Below, in pieces: positions 18,800 to 27,921 of a stretch of DNA of 64,000 bases. Location: NCBI RefSeq assembly GCF_017939745.1, contig NZ_JAGKQQ010000001.1, positions 6,089,299 to 6,153,298 on the forward strand. The letters run 5' to 3'. A model generated the notes under the pieces. That model did not search any database. It saw nothing but the letters and a program-made list of their open reading frames with translations, and was not told where the DNA came from. The DNA comes from Gemmata palustris. Lineage in GTDB: Bacteria; Planctomycetota; Planctomycetia; Gemmatales; Gemmataceae. Position 1 is the stretch's first letter, and each line of letters starts with the position of its first letter. Position numbers and translations under genes: made by a program.

Positions 18800-20110
18800 T
18801 CAATCCGCTTCGCCGATCCGGGCGTCCTTTAGTGAGAAGAGGTACCCCTCGGGGTCCGCGCGGTTGAGGACGAGTGTACCCGTTACCTTGATGAGCCCCT
18901 TGCGGGCCTCGGCGCTTTTGCCCGCTTTCAGTTCCACATTCAGTAGCCCCGTCGGGTCGGGCACTTCGCAGAACCAGCACCCCACCGGGTATTCAAGCAA
19001 CAGGAACTCCCGTGCCGCGAGTTCGTCCTTCACCGGCTGCATGAACCCGGTGAGCGCGACCGTTTTGCCGTCGAGTTGTTCCAGGTACTTCACGAACGCC
19101 GGACGGCCCTTCGCGTTGATGCTGGTCGCGGCGAGAAGGGGCCACGGCAGCGCGTTGGTCTTGTCGCTCTCGATCGCGGGCAAGAGCGCTTCGTCGAACG
19201 CCTTAATCAGCGGGCGCGACGACTTGGTCTTCAGTGTCCCGCGGTGCTGTTCGTGGCCCGGCTTCTTCGCGAGTTCATCGGCCGCGGCGCGGTACACGAG
19301 CCGGCGCTTGCGGAGGTCGGGTGAGCCGAGTGCGAATTCCGTAACACAGCCGTCGAGAGCGGCGGCCGCAGCGCGCACGTCGCCGAGGGCGTTGCACAGC
19401 TCGCCGAATTGCCACAAGAGTCTTGCATCCGCCGGCAGCCACAAACCGAGTTGTTGGACCGTAACCAGCGCATCGGCGGGGAGCTTCTTCAACTCTGCGT
19501 CTGCGAGCGCGCCGGCTTCGGGCGAACCGGACGCGCCGACGAACTTCACGCCGAACAGGTCATCAATCGTCGCCGGCTGGTTCGCGGCCTTACCTTCCTT
19601 GAGTCGGAGGCGCACGAGTTTGAGGTGCGCCTGCTCGAACGGCTTGAGTTTCGCGGGAGCGAGCCGAACGGCTTCTTCGAGTTGCACGCCCGCGCGTTCG
19701 AGGTCGCCGGTCAGTTGGAACGCGGTGCCGAGGTTCGCCGCGATGCGAAAGTGTTCGGAGAACTTGCGAACGGCCGGCGCGAGCACGTTGAGCGCACTGT
19801 CGGTTTTGCCCAGGCGAATATAAACCGCCCCGAGATCCGCGATTTCATCAGCCGTCAGTGCCCGCGTTTTTGCGAGTTTCTCCAGTCGTGTGGCCGCAGC
19901 GAGGTAGTCGTCACGGAGCGGCGAGGGCAACCCGTCGGGGCGCTCGCGCCCGGCGGCCCTCAGCGCGCGCTGGTCGGTCAGGAACCCGGACGGACGGCTC
20001 GGCAGTTCCGCGAACTGCTCACCGGAGTAGTGCAACCCGGCCCGTGCGAGTGCCGGTAGTGAAAGTACGGCGAGGGCACCCACGAGTACGCGCCCGCGGA
20101 ATGAGTTCAT
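18800..20110 (-). CDS. secreted protein, N-terminal TPR-like helical region and conserved C-terminal Cys-containing domain (unknown function)
   Basis: Signal peptide MNSFRGRVLVGALAVLSLPALARA at the internal Met (20110). C-terminal …EYPVGCWFCEVP…GYLFSLKDARI domain. Confidence 0.5.
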   Translation of the reverse strand: MNSFRGRVLVGALAVLSLPALARAGLHYSGEQFAELPSRPSGFLTDQRALRAAGRERPDGLPSPLRDDYLAAATRLEKLAKTRALTADEIADLGAVYIRLGKTDSALNVLAPAVRKFSEHFRIAANLGTAFQLTGDLERAGVQLEEAVRLAPAKLKPFEQAHLKLVRLRLKEGKAANQPATIDDLFGVKFVGASGSPEAGALADAELKKLPADALVTVQQLGLWLPADARLLWQFGELCNALGDVRAAAAALDGCVTEFALGSPDLRKRRLVYRAAADELAKKPGHEQHRGTLKTKSSRPLIKAFDEALLPAIESDKTNALPWPLLAATSINAKGRPAFVKYLEQLDGKTVALTGFMQPVKDELAAREFLLLEYPVGCWFCEVPDPTGLLNVELKAGKSAEARKGLIKVTGTLVLNRADPEGYLFSLKDARIGEAD

Positions 20111-20336
20111 CACGTCTGCTCCTCGTGGTGCCGTTCCCGGTGGTTCCACTATACCCGGTTCGGGCCGCCGAGCCTTGCCGTTCTCGCAGCGTTTCCCAGA
20201 ACATCCGCTGCCTCACAATCAGCGGAGTTCCACGTTTCACGTTCCAAGTTAGCGGCGCGGGCGCCGGGCGGTTCTTGGGTCAGCGGGCCTTCAAACTTGG
20301 AACTCGGACGTCGGAACCCGGAACGCGGAACTCGCA

Positions 20337-21347
20337 ATGCCTCACACGATTCTACTCACCGGTGCGACCGGGTTCGTCGGTTCGCACGTCGCCGAAGCAC
20401 TCATCCGCCGCGGGGACACGGTTCGCACGCTCGCCCGCGCCGGGAGCGATACCACGTTCATCGAATCGCTCGGGCCCACCGTAGTTCGTGGGGATCTCAC
20501 GGACTCGGAAGCGCTTATGCGCGCGGTCGAGGGCTGCGACGTGGTCGTGAACTGCGCCGCGAAGGTCGGCGATTGGGGGCACGTTGACGGCTACCGCGCG
20601 GTGAACGTGGAGGGACTGCGCCACCTGCTCGACGCGACCCTGGGGCGATCGCTCCACCGGGTCGTTCACGTCAGTTCGCTCGGGGTGTACGCGGCCCGGC
20701 ACCACTACGGCACGGACGAAACCGAACCGCTGCCGAACGACCACATCGACGGGTACACGCAATCGAAAGTCGAGGCCGAGCGCCTCGCGCTCCAGTACCA
20801 CCGCAAGCAGAAGGTGCCGGTCGTGATCCTGCGGCCGGGGTTCGTGTACGGCCCGCGCGACCGCACGGTGCTCCCGCGCCTCGCGGACCGACTGAAGGAG
20901 CGGAGCGTCATGTACATCGCGCGCGGGCGCTTCGCGCTGAACACGACGTTCGTGGGCAACATCGCGGACGCGGTACTGCTCGCCATCGACGCACCGGCGG
21001 AAGGCACTGTGGGCGAAGTGTTCAACATCACCGACGGCGAATTCGTGAGCAAGCGCCGGTTCTTCGAGACGGTGGCGGACGGGCTCGGGTTGAAGCGTCC
21101 GCGCGGGTTCCCGCCGGTCCCGGTGTGGCTGGCGCGCATCGGGGCCAACTGGCGCGAGGGGGTGTTCCGCCGAAAGAACAAGCCGCACCCGCCGCGCATC
21201 ACCCAGGCGCAACTGAAGTTCGCCGGGCTGAACCTCGATTTCTCCATCGCGAAGGCCCGAACCAAACTCGGCTACACCCCGCGCGTGCTGTTCGATGAGG
21301 GCATGAAGCAAGCACTCGACTCGTACAAACCAGCAACCCGGGGTTGA
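20337..21347 (+). CDS. NAD(P)-dependent epimerase/dehydratase (extended SDR; 3-beta-HSD-like)
   Basis: N-terminal TGATGFVGSHV Rossmann motif. Active-site YxxSK (YTQSKVEAE). Confidence 0.8.
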   Translation: MPHTILLTGATGFVGSHVAEALIRRGDTVRTLARAGSDTTFIESLGPTVVRGDLTDSEALMRAVEGCDVVVNCAAKVGDWGHVDGYRAVNVEGLRHLLDATLGRSLHRVVHVSSLGVYAARHHYGTDETEPLPNDHIDGYTQSKVEAERLALQYHRKQKVPVVILRPGFVYGPRDRTVLPRLADRLKERSVMYIARGRFALNTTFVGNIADAVLLAIDAPAEGTVGEVFNITDGEFVSKRRFFETVADGLGLKRPRGFPPVPVWLARIGANWREGVFRRKNKPHPPRITQAQLKFAGLNLDFSIAKARTKLGYTPRVLFDEGMKQALDSYKPATRG

Positions 21348-21455
21348 AACCCCGGGCTGCCTTCCGTTGCGCATCACGCGCGTAACAACTCCAACACCCC
21401 GCGCTCCCGGCGCGGTATCATCGCTTGCGAAACGACTCGGTTCCGATTTCGCGAG

Positions 21456-22541
21456 GTGATACCCATGTTCACGCGCGTGATTCCCGCGGCCCTCTTGGTC
21501 GCGGTCGTCGGGTGGACCACATCGATCGCACAACCAACGACCGGCACCGGGAGCCAGCCACCAAAGGACAGCAAATCGGGCGGAGCGAAGTCGAGCGGAC
21601 CGGCCGCGAAAGCCGAACCCAAGAGCGAACCGACCTCGTTCGAGATCCGCATGGTGGACGACACCGTTATGAAGGTGTCGCTGATGGAGCCGGCGCTGGC
21701 GATCGCCACGAAGTACGGCAAGCTGATCGTCCCCGCGGACGAGGTTCGGCGCCTGGAGTTCGGGTTCCGCTACCCGGATGGAACGGAAGCGAAAATCGAC
21801 AAGGCGATCGCCGACCTCGCCGCGCCCGACTTCCGCACGCGCGAGAACGCGGAACAAACACTCGCCAACATCGGCCAGTTCGCGGTCCCGGGGCTGCGCC
21901 GTGCGTCCAAAAGTGAGGACGCGGAAGTGAACCGGCGCTCAAAGGCGGTTCTCAAACTTCTGGAAAGCAAGCTCGCACCGGACCAGTTGGAACTGCGCGA
22001 CCACGACACAATCGAAACGGCCGAGTTCACCATCAAGGGCCGGATGGACATCAGCACGCTAAAGGTGCGCACCAAGTATTTCGGCGACGCGACCGTAAAG
22101 CTCTCGGACATCCGCACGTTCCGGTCCGTCGGGTCCGCGTCGGCCTCGGAGTTCGCACTGGACGCGGCCAAGTACGCCAAGATGAACCAGGCGGATTGGC
22201 TGGAAACGGCCATCGAGGTCAGTTCCGGGCAGCAGCTCGAAGTGACCGCGACGGGCAAGATCGACCAGTGGCCGCAGGGACCGGGGCAGTACATGTCCGA
22301 GGCCGGCGGGCTGCCCGGTCACGCCGGCGGGGGCGTGGTGCTGGGCGGAATGCAGCGGATCGGCGCCCCGGGTCAGGTGGTCGGGCGGATCGGCGCGAAC
22401 GGAACCCCGTTCGTCATCGGCGCATCGTATAAGGGGAAGATCACCGAGAACGGTAAGCTCTACATAAGAATCTCCCCCAGCCCGTGGAACTGCGATTCGA
22501 TCGGCTCGTACAAAATCAGCGCCAACGTCACGACCCCGTGA
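21456..22541 (+). CDS. secreted hypothetical protein with HEAT-like segment and C-terminal beta-rich domain
   Basis: Signal peptide (FTRVIPAALLVAVVG). Low-complexity Ser/Pro/Lys linker. No catalytic motif recognised. Confidence 0.45.
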   Translation: MIPMFTRVIPAALLVAVVGWTTSIAQPTTGTGSQPPKDSKSGGAKSSGPAAKAEPKSEPTSFEIRMVDDTVMKVSLMEPALAIATKYGKLIVPADEVRRLEFGFRYPDGTEAKIDKAIADLAAPDFRTRENAEQTLANIGQFAVPGLRRASKSEDAEVNRRSKAVLKLLESKLAPDQLELRDHDTIETAEFTIKGRMDISTLKVRTKYFGDATVKLSDIRTFRSVGSASASEFALDAAKYAKMNQADWLETAIEVSSGQQLEVTATGKIDQWPQGPGQYMSEAGGLPGHAGGGVVLGGMQRIGAPGQVVGRIGANGTPFVIGASYKGKITENGKLYIRISPSPWNCDSIGSYKISANVTTP

Positions 22542-22615
22542 CCGCACCGGAGTTCGGTTCATAAACTTGACCTTCGACGGGGGCCGCGCGCGGCCCCCGC
22601 GTTCGTTCCTACCTC

Positions 22616-24427
22616 TTGATGAGTGACGCTCCACTGTCACAGTCTTCACCCGCTTCCGTTTACACCGAGCGATTGGCCGCGCGCCGCGCGACCGTGACCG
22701 CACTCGCGGCCCGGCTCGACGCGCTCAGCACCGCGCGCCTCGGGGCGTTCCTGGTGGTACTCGTGGTCGCGGGGCTGACCCTCGGCGCGGACCTCTTTTC
22801 GCCGTGGCTTACGCTGCTCCCGGCGCTCGTGTTCGTGTACTTCGTGGCGACGTTCGAGGCGACGCGCCGGCGCAAAGCGTGGGCCGAGCGCGCGACGCGG
22901 TTCTACGCGGGCGGGCTCGATCGACTGGCCGGTAAGCCCAGCGGGGTGGGTCAAGGCGAGCGCTTCGCTAGCGACGCGCACCCCTACGCCGCGGACCTCG
23001 ACCTCTTTGGTCCCGGATCGGTATTCGAGCGCGTGACCGCCTGCCGCACGCGGGCCGGTGAAGACACCCTCGCGGCATGGTTACTCGCACCGGCTGCCCC
23101 GGCAGAAGTCAAAGCGCGCCAGGAAGCCGTTGCCGATTTGACTACGAAGCTCGATTTGCGCGAAGCTATTGCGGTTGCCGGCGCGGAAGCCCCTGCAGCC
23201 GATTACCACGCCCTAGCGGAATGGGGAACGGTCCCGATCGAATCCCCGCCCGCGTGGAAGCGGTGGGCGGTGGAACTCCTCGGCTGGGCGAACGTGCTCG
23301 CGTGGGCCGGGTGGTTCTTCGTCGGTACGTCCGCCCTGCCGGTGCTCGTGTTCGGGTTACCGTCACTCGCACTGGCGCTTCCGCTCGTGTCGTGGGCACG
23401 GCGCGTACTCGCGCCGCTCGATCGCGCGACCGAGAACCTTTCCCTGTTTGAAGCCGTTCTCGGCCGATTAGAGCGCGAAACCTTCAACGCGGCGCGACTC
23501 AAAGAACTTCAAAACGCGATGCGCGCGGGCGGGTACCTGCCTTCGGAACAAATTCGGCAACTCCGATTACTCCTCGACGGCTACAACGCCCGGCGGAACG
23601 CCTTCTTTATTCCGGTCGCGGTTCTGCGCGTGTGGAACGTGCGGTTCGCGTTCAAGCTCGAAGCGTGGCGGGCGCGGTCCGGCCCTGCAATCGCGCAGTG
23701 GTTGCGCGCGGTCGGCGAAGCGGAAGCGCTCTCATCGCTCGCGGGCTACGCCTACGAGAACCCCACCGACATTTACCCGACGGTCGAAACCGGCCCGGTG
23801 CGACTCACGGCAACCGGGGTGGGTCACCCGCTGATTCCCGCCGAGAAGTGCATTCGGAACGATGTCACCCTCGGCGGCGAATCGGGACCGCGCGTCCTGA
23901 TCGTGAGCGGGTCGAATATGTCGGGTAAGAGCACGATGTTACGCGCGGTCGGCGTGAACGCAGCACTGGCCCTTGCAGGCGGAGTGGTACGTGCAACCAG
24001 CTTCGCGCTGACGCCGCTCGCTCTCGGGGCGACGATGCGAGTGCAGGACTCGCTCCAAGAGGGCAAATCGCGCTTCTTCGCGGAAGTCACGAAGGTGCGG
24101 CTCTTGCTCGACATTGCGACCCGCGAGAGCGGTTTACCGCTCCTCTTCTTGCTCGATGAGCTTTTCGCGGGTACTAACTCGGCGGACCGCGTTGCGGGCG
24201 CAGAAGGCGTAACGCGAGCGCTCCTGGACGCCGGCGCGATCGGCTTCGTGACAACGCACGACCTGAGTCTAACCGCAGTGACCGACACGATTCCCGGCGC
24301 TGTGAACGTCCACTTCTCCGACGGCTTCGGGGGCGGCGAGTTGCAGTTCGACTACACGATGCGTCCCGGCGTCGTGCCACACGGCAACGGCCTCGCCCTC
24401 ATGCGCGCGGTCGGGCTGAAGGTGTAG
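22616..24427 (+). CDS. MutS-family domain V ATPase fused to an N-terminal polytopic membrane domain (MutS2-like paralogue, no mismatch-binding domain)
   Basis: Walker A GSNMSGKST. MutS signature …LLLDIATRESGLPLLFLLDELFAGTNSADR…HDLSL. The first ~300 aa contain several hydrophobic helices. Confidence 0.7.
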   Translation: MMSDAPLSQSSPASVYTERLAARRATVTALAARLDALSTARLGAFLVVLVVAGLTLGADLFSPWLTLLPALVFVYFVATFEATRRRKAWAERATRFYAGGLDRLAGKPSGVGQGERFASDAHPYAADLDLFGPGSVFERVTACRTRAGEDTLAAWLLAPAAPAEVKARQEAVADLTTKLDLREAIAVAGAEAPAADYHALAEWGTVPIESPPAWKRWAVELLGWANVLAWAGWFFVGTSALPVLVFGLPSLALALPLVSWARRVLAPLDRATENLSLFEAVLGRLERETFNAARLKELQNAMRAGGYLPSEQIRQLRLLLDGYNARRNAFFIPVAVLRVWNVRFAFKLEAWRARSGPAIAQWLRAVGEAEALSSLAGYAYENPTDIYPTVETGPVRLTATGVGHPLIPAEKCIRNDVTLGGESGPRVLIVSGSNMSGKSTMLRAVGVNAALALAGGVVRATSFALTPLALGATMRVQDSLQEGKSRFFAEVTKVRLLLDIATRESGLPLLFLLDELFAGTNSADRVAGAEGVTRALLDAGAIGFVTTHDLSLTAVTDTIPGAVNVHFSDGFGGGELQFDYTMRPGVVPHGNGLALMRAVGLKV

Positions 24428-24467
24428 TAAACGCGGGCGCAAATCAGCTTGTGCTAATGCCTTTAAG

Positions 24468-24528
24468 CGAGCCGCGACCGCAGGGAACGGGAAGCGCCTC
24501 CCGGCTCCCTTGCGGTCGCGGCTCGTTG
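24468..24528 (+). terminator. long hairpin downstream of the MutS-like gene
   Basis: gagccgcgaccgcagggaa…tcccttgcggtcgcggctc, a ~17-bp imperfect stem. Confidence 0.4.
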
Positions 24529-24567
24529 TAGACCCGTCCCGTATCGCTTCGCTCACTTCGACAAATC

Positions 24568-24598
24568 TTGATTTTCCTCCTTGAACCTCACGTAACGT
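24568..24598 (+). promoter_or_regulatory. candidate MerR-type promoter with 19-bp spacer upstream of the MerR/TipAS gene
   Basis: TTGATT (24568-73), 19 nt spacer, then TAACGT (24593-98). Over-long spacers are the hallmark of MerR-activated promoters, and ptipA is autoregulated. Confidence 0.3.
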
Positions 24599-24644
24599 CA
24601 GGCTGTACCATGCCCGCGTCGGGTGACTTTGGGAGATCGATGCC

Positions 24645-25415
24645 ATGCCGGAACAACGGTGGAAGATCGGCGAACTGGCCACGCGCACGGGATTGACGGT
24701 GCGCGCGCTGCACCACTACGACGCCATCGGGCTGCTGTGCCCGTCGGACCGCAGCGGGTCGGCGCACGGTTCCGGGCACCGGCGGTACACCGCCGCGGAC
24801 GTGACCAAGTTGCACCAGATCATGTGCCTGAAGCAACTCGGTTTCAGCCTGGAGCAGATCAAAGAGTACATGACGCGGGCCGACTACGACCCGCGCGAAG
24901 TGGTCCGGCTCCACCTCGCGAAAGTGCGCGAGCAGGCCGCGGAACTGGCCCAATTGGGCGATCGACTCCAGGGGCTTTCCGAAACACTCGACGCGGCGAG
25001 CGACGTGCCCGCCGAGACGTTTCTCCAAACGATTGAGGTGATGACCATGATCGAGAAGTATTACACCCCCGAGCAACTGAAACAGCTCGAAGACCGGCGC
25101 AACACCGGCGGACCCGAGATGGAAGAGACCATCCAAAAGGGCCCGCAAATGTGGGCGGATCTACACGCCGACGTGAAGGCCGCGATGGACACGGGCGTCG
25201 ATCCGGCTGATCCGAAGGCGCGGGCACTCGCGGAGCGGTGGCTCGCGCTGGTGATGGGGTTTACCGGCGGCGACCCCGGCATCTTCAATTCTCTGAAGAA
25301 GATGTACGAGAACGAGGACAACGTGCGCGGCATGGACGTGAAGGCCATGCGCCCGCTGAACGAGTACCTCGAGAAAGCGCGTATCGCCGCCGGGATCAAG
25401 CACCCGGGACAATAA
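24645..25415 (+). CDS. MerR-family transcriptional regulator with C-terminal TipAS antibiotic-recognition domain
   Basis: N-terminal HTH WKIGELATRTGLTVRALHHYDAIGLL. C-terminal …ALAERWLALVMGFTGGDPGIFNSLKKMYE… TipAS pattern. Confidence 0.8.
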   Translation: MPEQRWKIGELATRTGLTVRALHHYDAIGLLCPSDRSGSAHGSGHRRYTAADVTKLHQIMCLKQLGFSLEQIKEYMTRADYDPREVVRLHLAKVREQAAELAQLGDRLQGLSETLDAASDVPAETFLQTIEVMTMIEKYYTPEQLKQLEDRRNTGGPEMEETIQKGPQMWADLHADVKAAMDTGVDPADPKARALAERWLALVMGFTGGDPGIFNSLKKMYENEDNVRGMDVKAMRPLNEYLEKARIAAGIKHPGQ

Positions 25416-25523
25416 CCAAAGTGGGTGTGTCGGGCGGGTGGTACGTCGGGTATCACAGTGGGTGAAGACCGCGTGCGTTTTCATCTACTGAACCCGCATA
25501 CCGACTCGCGCCGAGGATGAACC

Positions 25524-26315
25524 GTGAACCTGGGTTTGAATGACAGTGCCGTTATTGTGGTCGGCGGCGCACGCGGATTGGGGCGCGCGATCGCGTCCAC
25601 ATTTGCCGAGGAAGGTTGTCGCGTCGGCATCTGGGACGTGTCCCCGGACGCGCAAACGGCCGCGACCGAACTCGGCGGCACGGGTTGGCAAGTCGATGTC
25701 ACCAACGATTCGGCCGTTCGCGCTGCGACCACTGAGACGTGGGCGAAGTTCGGTGGGGTGGATCACGTCGTGTTCGCGGTGGGGATCGGTTCCGGCAAGT
25801 TCGGCTTCCCGTTCTGGGAAATCGACCCCGGAGTTTGGGCGCGCGTGCTTCAAGTGAACCTCATCGGCGCCGCGATCGTGGCACACCACTTCGCCCCGCG
25901 CCTCGCGGACCGCAAGAAGGGAACGATACTGTTCCTCTCATCCGTTGCTGGGCAAATCGGCTCGCAGACAGACCCGCCTTACAGCGCATCCAAGGCCGGG
26001 CTCATCAACTTCTCTCAGTGCGCGGCCAAGGATCTCGCGCCGTTCGGTGTGCGTGTGAATTGCCTGTGCCCGGGCATGATTAAGACCCCACTGAACCGTT
26101 CGGTGTGGCAATCGTGGGCGGACCGTCAACCGCCGGAGGCGCGCACGGACTACGAAACGTGGGCCGCGGAGAAGATCGCGAAGATCGTGCCCCTAAACAG
26201 GTGGCAAACCCCAGAAGACATCGCGGCGATGGCAGTGTTTCTCGCGAGCGACCGCGCCGCGAACGTCACCGGCCAGACGGTCAACGTGGACGGCGGGTAC
26301 GTGATGCACTGGTGA
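25524..26315 (+). CDS. SDR-family oxidoreductase (3-oxoacyl-ACP reductase-like)
   Basis: GTG start with AGGA 7 nt upstream. VVGGARGLGRAI cofactor motif. YSASKAG catalytic YxxxK. Confidence 0.85.
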   Translation: MNLGLNDSAVIVVGGARGLGRAIASTFAEEGCRVGIWDVSPDAQTAATELGGTGWQVDVTNDSAVRAATTETWAKFGGVDHVVFAVGIGSGKFGFPFWEIDPGVWARVLQVNLIGAAIVAHHFAPRLADRKKGTILFLSSVAGQIGSQTDPPYSASKAGLINFSQCAAKDLAPFGVRVNCLCPGMIKTPLNRSVWQSWADRQPPEARTDYETWAAEKIAKIVPLNRWQTPEDIAAMAVFLASDRAANVTGQTVNVDGGYVMHW

Positions 26316-26366
26316 TTCCGTTCGCTATGCTGTCTTTGCGATTCCCCATCTTACGATGCCACACCC

Positions 26367-27068
26367 ATGAAACACATCTTTGTTCCCGCTGTTGCCGTTC
26401 TGCTGTTTGCGGCCCCACACGCCAGCGCGTTCGAGCCGAGCGAAAACTACAAGAAACGCGAGGTTCAGGGGTTCACGGTGCTCGTGCACCCCGAGGTGGA
26501 GAAGCACGCGGACGAGGCGAAAGTCGCGTTCGAGGAGTTGGATAGCCAGCTCAAGAAGTTGTGCGCGGTCGTGCCCGAAAAGCCGCTCGCGGCACTCAAG
26601 AAGGTCAAGTTCTGGGTGGAGTGGCAAACGAAAAAGAACGGGGCTGCGGAGTTCCACGTGTCGAAGGGGTGGCTCAAGGACAACGGCTACAACCCGGAGA
26701 AGGCCGGCGGCGTGGAGATCAACAACCTCAAGAACTTCGTCGATTGGTCCCGCCGAGCGCAGCCCTGGATGGTGCTTCACGAACTGGCCCATGCGTACCA
26801 TTTCCTCACGCTCGGCGACGCATACGATCCACTCGAATCTGCCTACAAGCAGGCCATCGAGCGGAAGCTCTACGAGAGCGTCGAGTACATCGGGGGCGGG
26901 AAGAAGAAGGCCTACGCGACTACCGACCGGGCGGAATACTTCGCCGAGTTGAGCGAAGCGTACTTCGGCAAGAACGACTTCGCCCCGTACACGCGGAGCG
27001 AACTGGAGAAGCACGATCCCGTCGGCTTCGAGCTCATGAAGAAGGCGTGGGGCGCGCCGGTAAAGTGA
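26367..27068 (+). CDS. secreted putative zinc metallopeptidase-like protein (HExxH + downstream EYFAE; anthrax-lethal-factor/PPEP-like M34 fold suspected)
   Basis: Signal peptide. HELAHAYH and …DRAEYFAELSEAYF… motifs. Paralogous to the first domain of the 50817..52370 gene. Confidence 0.5.
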   Translation: MKHIFVPAVAVLLFAAPHASAFEPSENYKKREVQGFTVLVHPEVEKHADEAKVAFEELDSQLKKLCAVVPEKPLAALKKVKFWVEWQTKKNGAAEFHVSKGWLKDNGYNPEKAGGVEINNLKNFVDWSRRAQPWMVLHELAHAYHFLTLGDAYDPLESAYKQAIERKLYESVEYIGGGKKKAYATTDRAEYFAELSEAYFGKNDFAPYTRSELEKHDPVGFELMKKAWGAPVK

Positions 27069-27121
27069 ACGCGGTTCCCGCGTGTGGTGTCTCATCTGAC
27101 AACCGCACGCGGGACACAGCA

Positions 27122-27661
27122 ATGACTCCCAGTTTACTTGAGAGTGGCTCCATTCGGCTCTCCGCCGACTTCCTGCCCGGTGGCTACGCGCTCTACGAAC
27201 ACCTCGTTGCTTCCGTTGTGTGGGACACACGCATTCGTGCCCGGAAGTCGGCCAGTTTCGGCGTGCCGTACAACTACTCGGGCATCGAGTGGCCTCACAC
27301 CCCGATTCCCGATGTGGTAGCACCGCTATTCGCTCGCGTCACGGGGGAGGTCGGATTCGAGCCGAATAACTGCCTCGCGAACTATTATCCCGATGGCAAA
27401 TCCTCGATGGGCTTTCACTCCGATTCGACCGCGGAGTTGGAACCGAGCACCGGCATTGCGGTCGTCTCGCTCGGCGCAGAACGCACCATCACGTTTCACC
27501 GCATCGACGATAAGACGGTGACCGAGAGCTACCGCCTTTCTTCCGGTTCGCTCTTGTGGATGTGCCCCGAAATGCAAGCCGACTGGCGGCACGCGATTCT
27601 GACAGACCGGGACGCGACCGGCGGTCGGATCAGCCTCACATTTCGTCGCGTAAAAGCGTGA
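27122..27661 (+). CDS. AlkB-like Fe(II)/2-oxoglutarate-dependent dioxygenase
   Basis: 180 aa from the ATG at 27122; the track ORF has a spurious N-terminal extension. HSD…H iron triad (GFHSDSTAE…WRHAI) and RISLTFR 2OG-binding motif. Confidence 0.7.
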   Translation: MTPSLLESGSIRLSADFLPGGYALYEHLVASVVWDTRIRARKSASFGVPYNYSGIEWPHTPIPDVVAPLFARVTGEVGFEPNNCLANYYPDGKSSMGFHSDSTAELEPSTGIAVVSLGAERTITFHRIDDKTVTESYRLSSGSLLWMCPEMQADWRHAILTDRDATGGRISLTFRRVKA

Positions 27662-27720
27662 ACCTCAGCAGCCATTTCGGTGTCCGGGGTTGCAGGCCCA
27701 CTCCCCAATCGAGCCAAAAC

Positions 27721-27921
27721 ATGGCGCGCGATCAAAAGCCCCAAAAGGCCAACAAAAAAAAGTACGCGGACCCGAAAACCGGCGAGTTCCGGCACGCGGA
27801 CGGCGACCGCAGGCACCGGCGCGGGGCCAGTGCGAAGCAAGCGATCAAAAATAAAAAGATCATTCGCGAGTTCGACGGCGGCGCACCGGTCGATGAGCCG
27901 CCGGGTGACGCGAATGAGTGA
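27721..27921 (+). CDS. small (66 aa) Lys/Arg-rich hypothetical protein
   Basis: ATG at 27721. Its stop overlaps the ATG of the next gene by 8 nt (ATGAGTGA). Could instead be an out-of-frame artefact of a longer 27680 ORF. Confidence 0.35.
   Translation: MARDQKPQKANKKKYADPKTGEFRHADGDRRHRRGASAKQAIKNKKIIREFDGGAPVDEPPGDANE

Noticed and set aside
20352-21857. 501-aa minus-strand ORF 20352..21857.
   Set aside because: It is fully antisense to the motif-supported NAD-dependent epimerase gene and the start of the next gene, and its translation is Arg-rich and low-complexity.
26561-27661. 366-aa version of the AlkB-like ORF starting at 26561.
   Set aside because: The first ~187 codons overlap the HExxH-protein gene in another frame and are low-complexity. 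The AlkB homology begins at the ATG at 27122.
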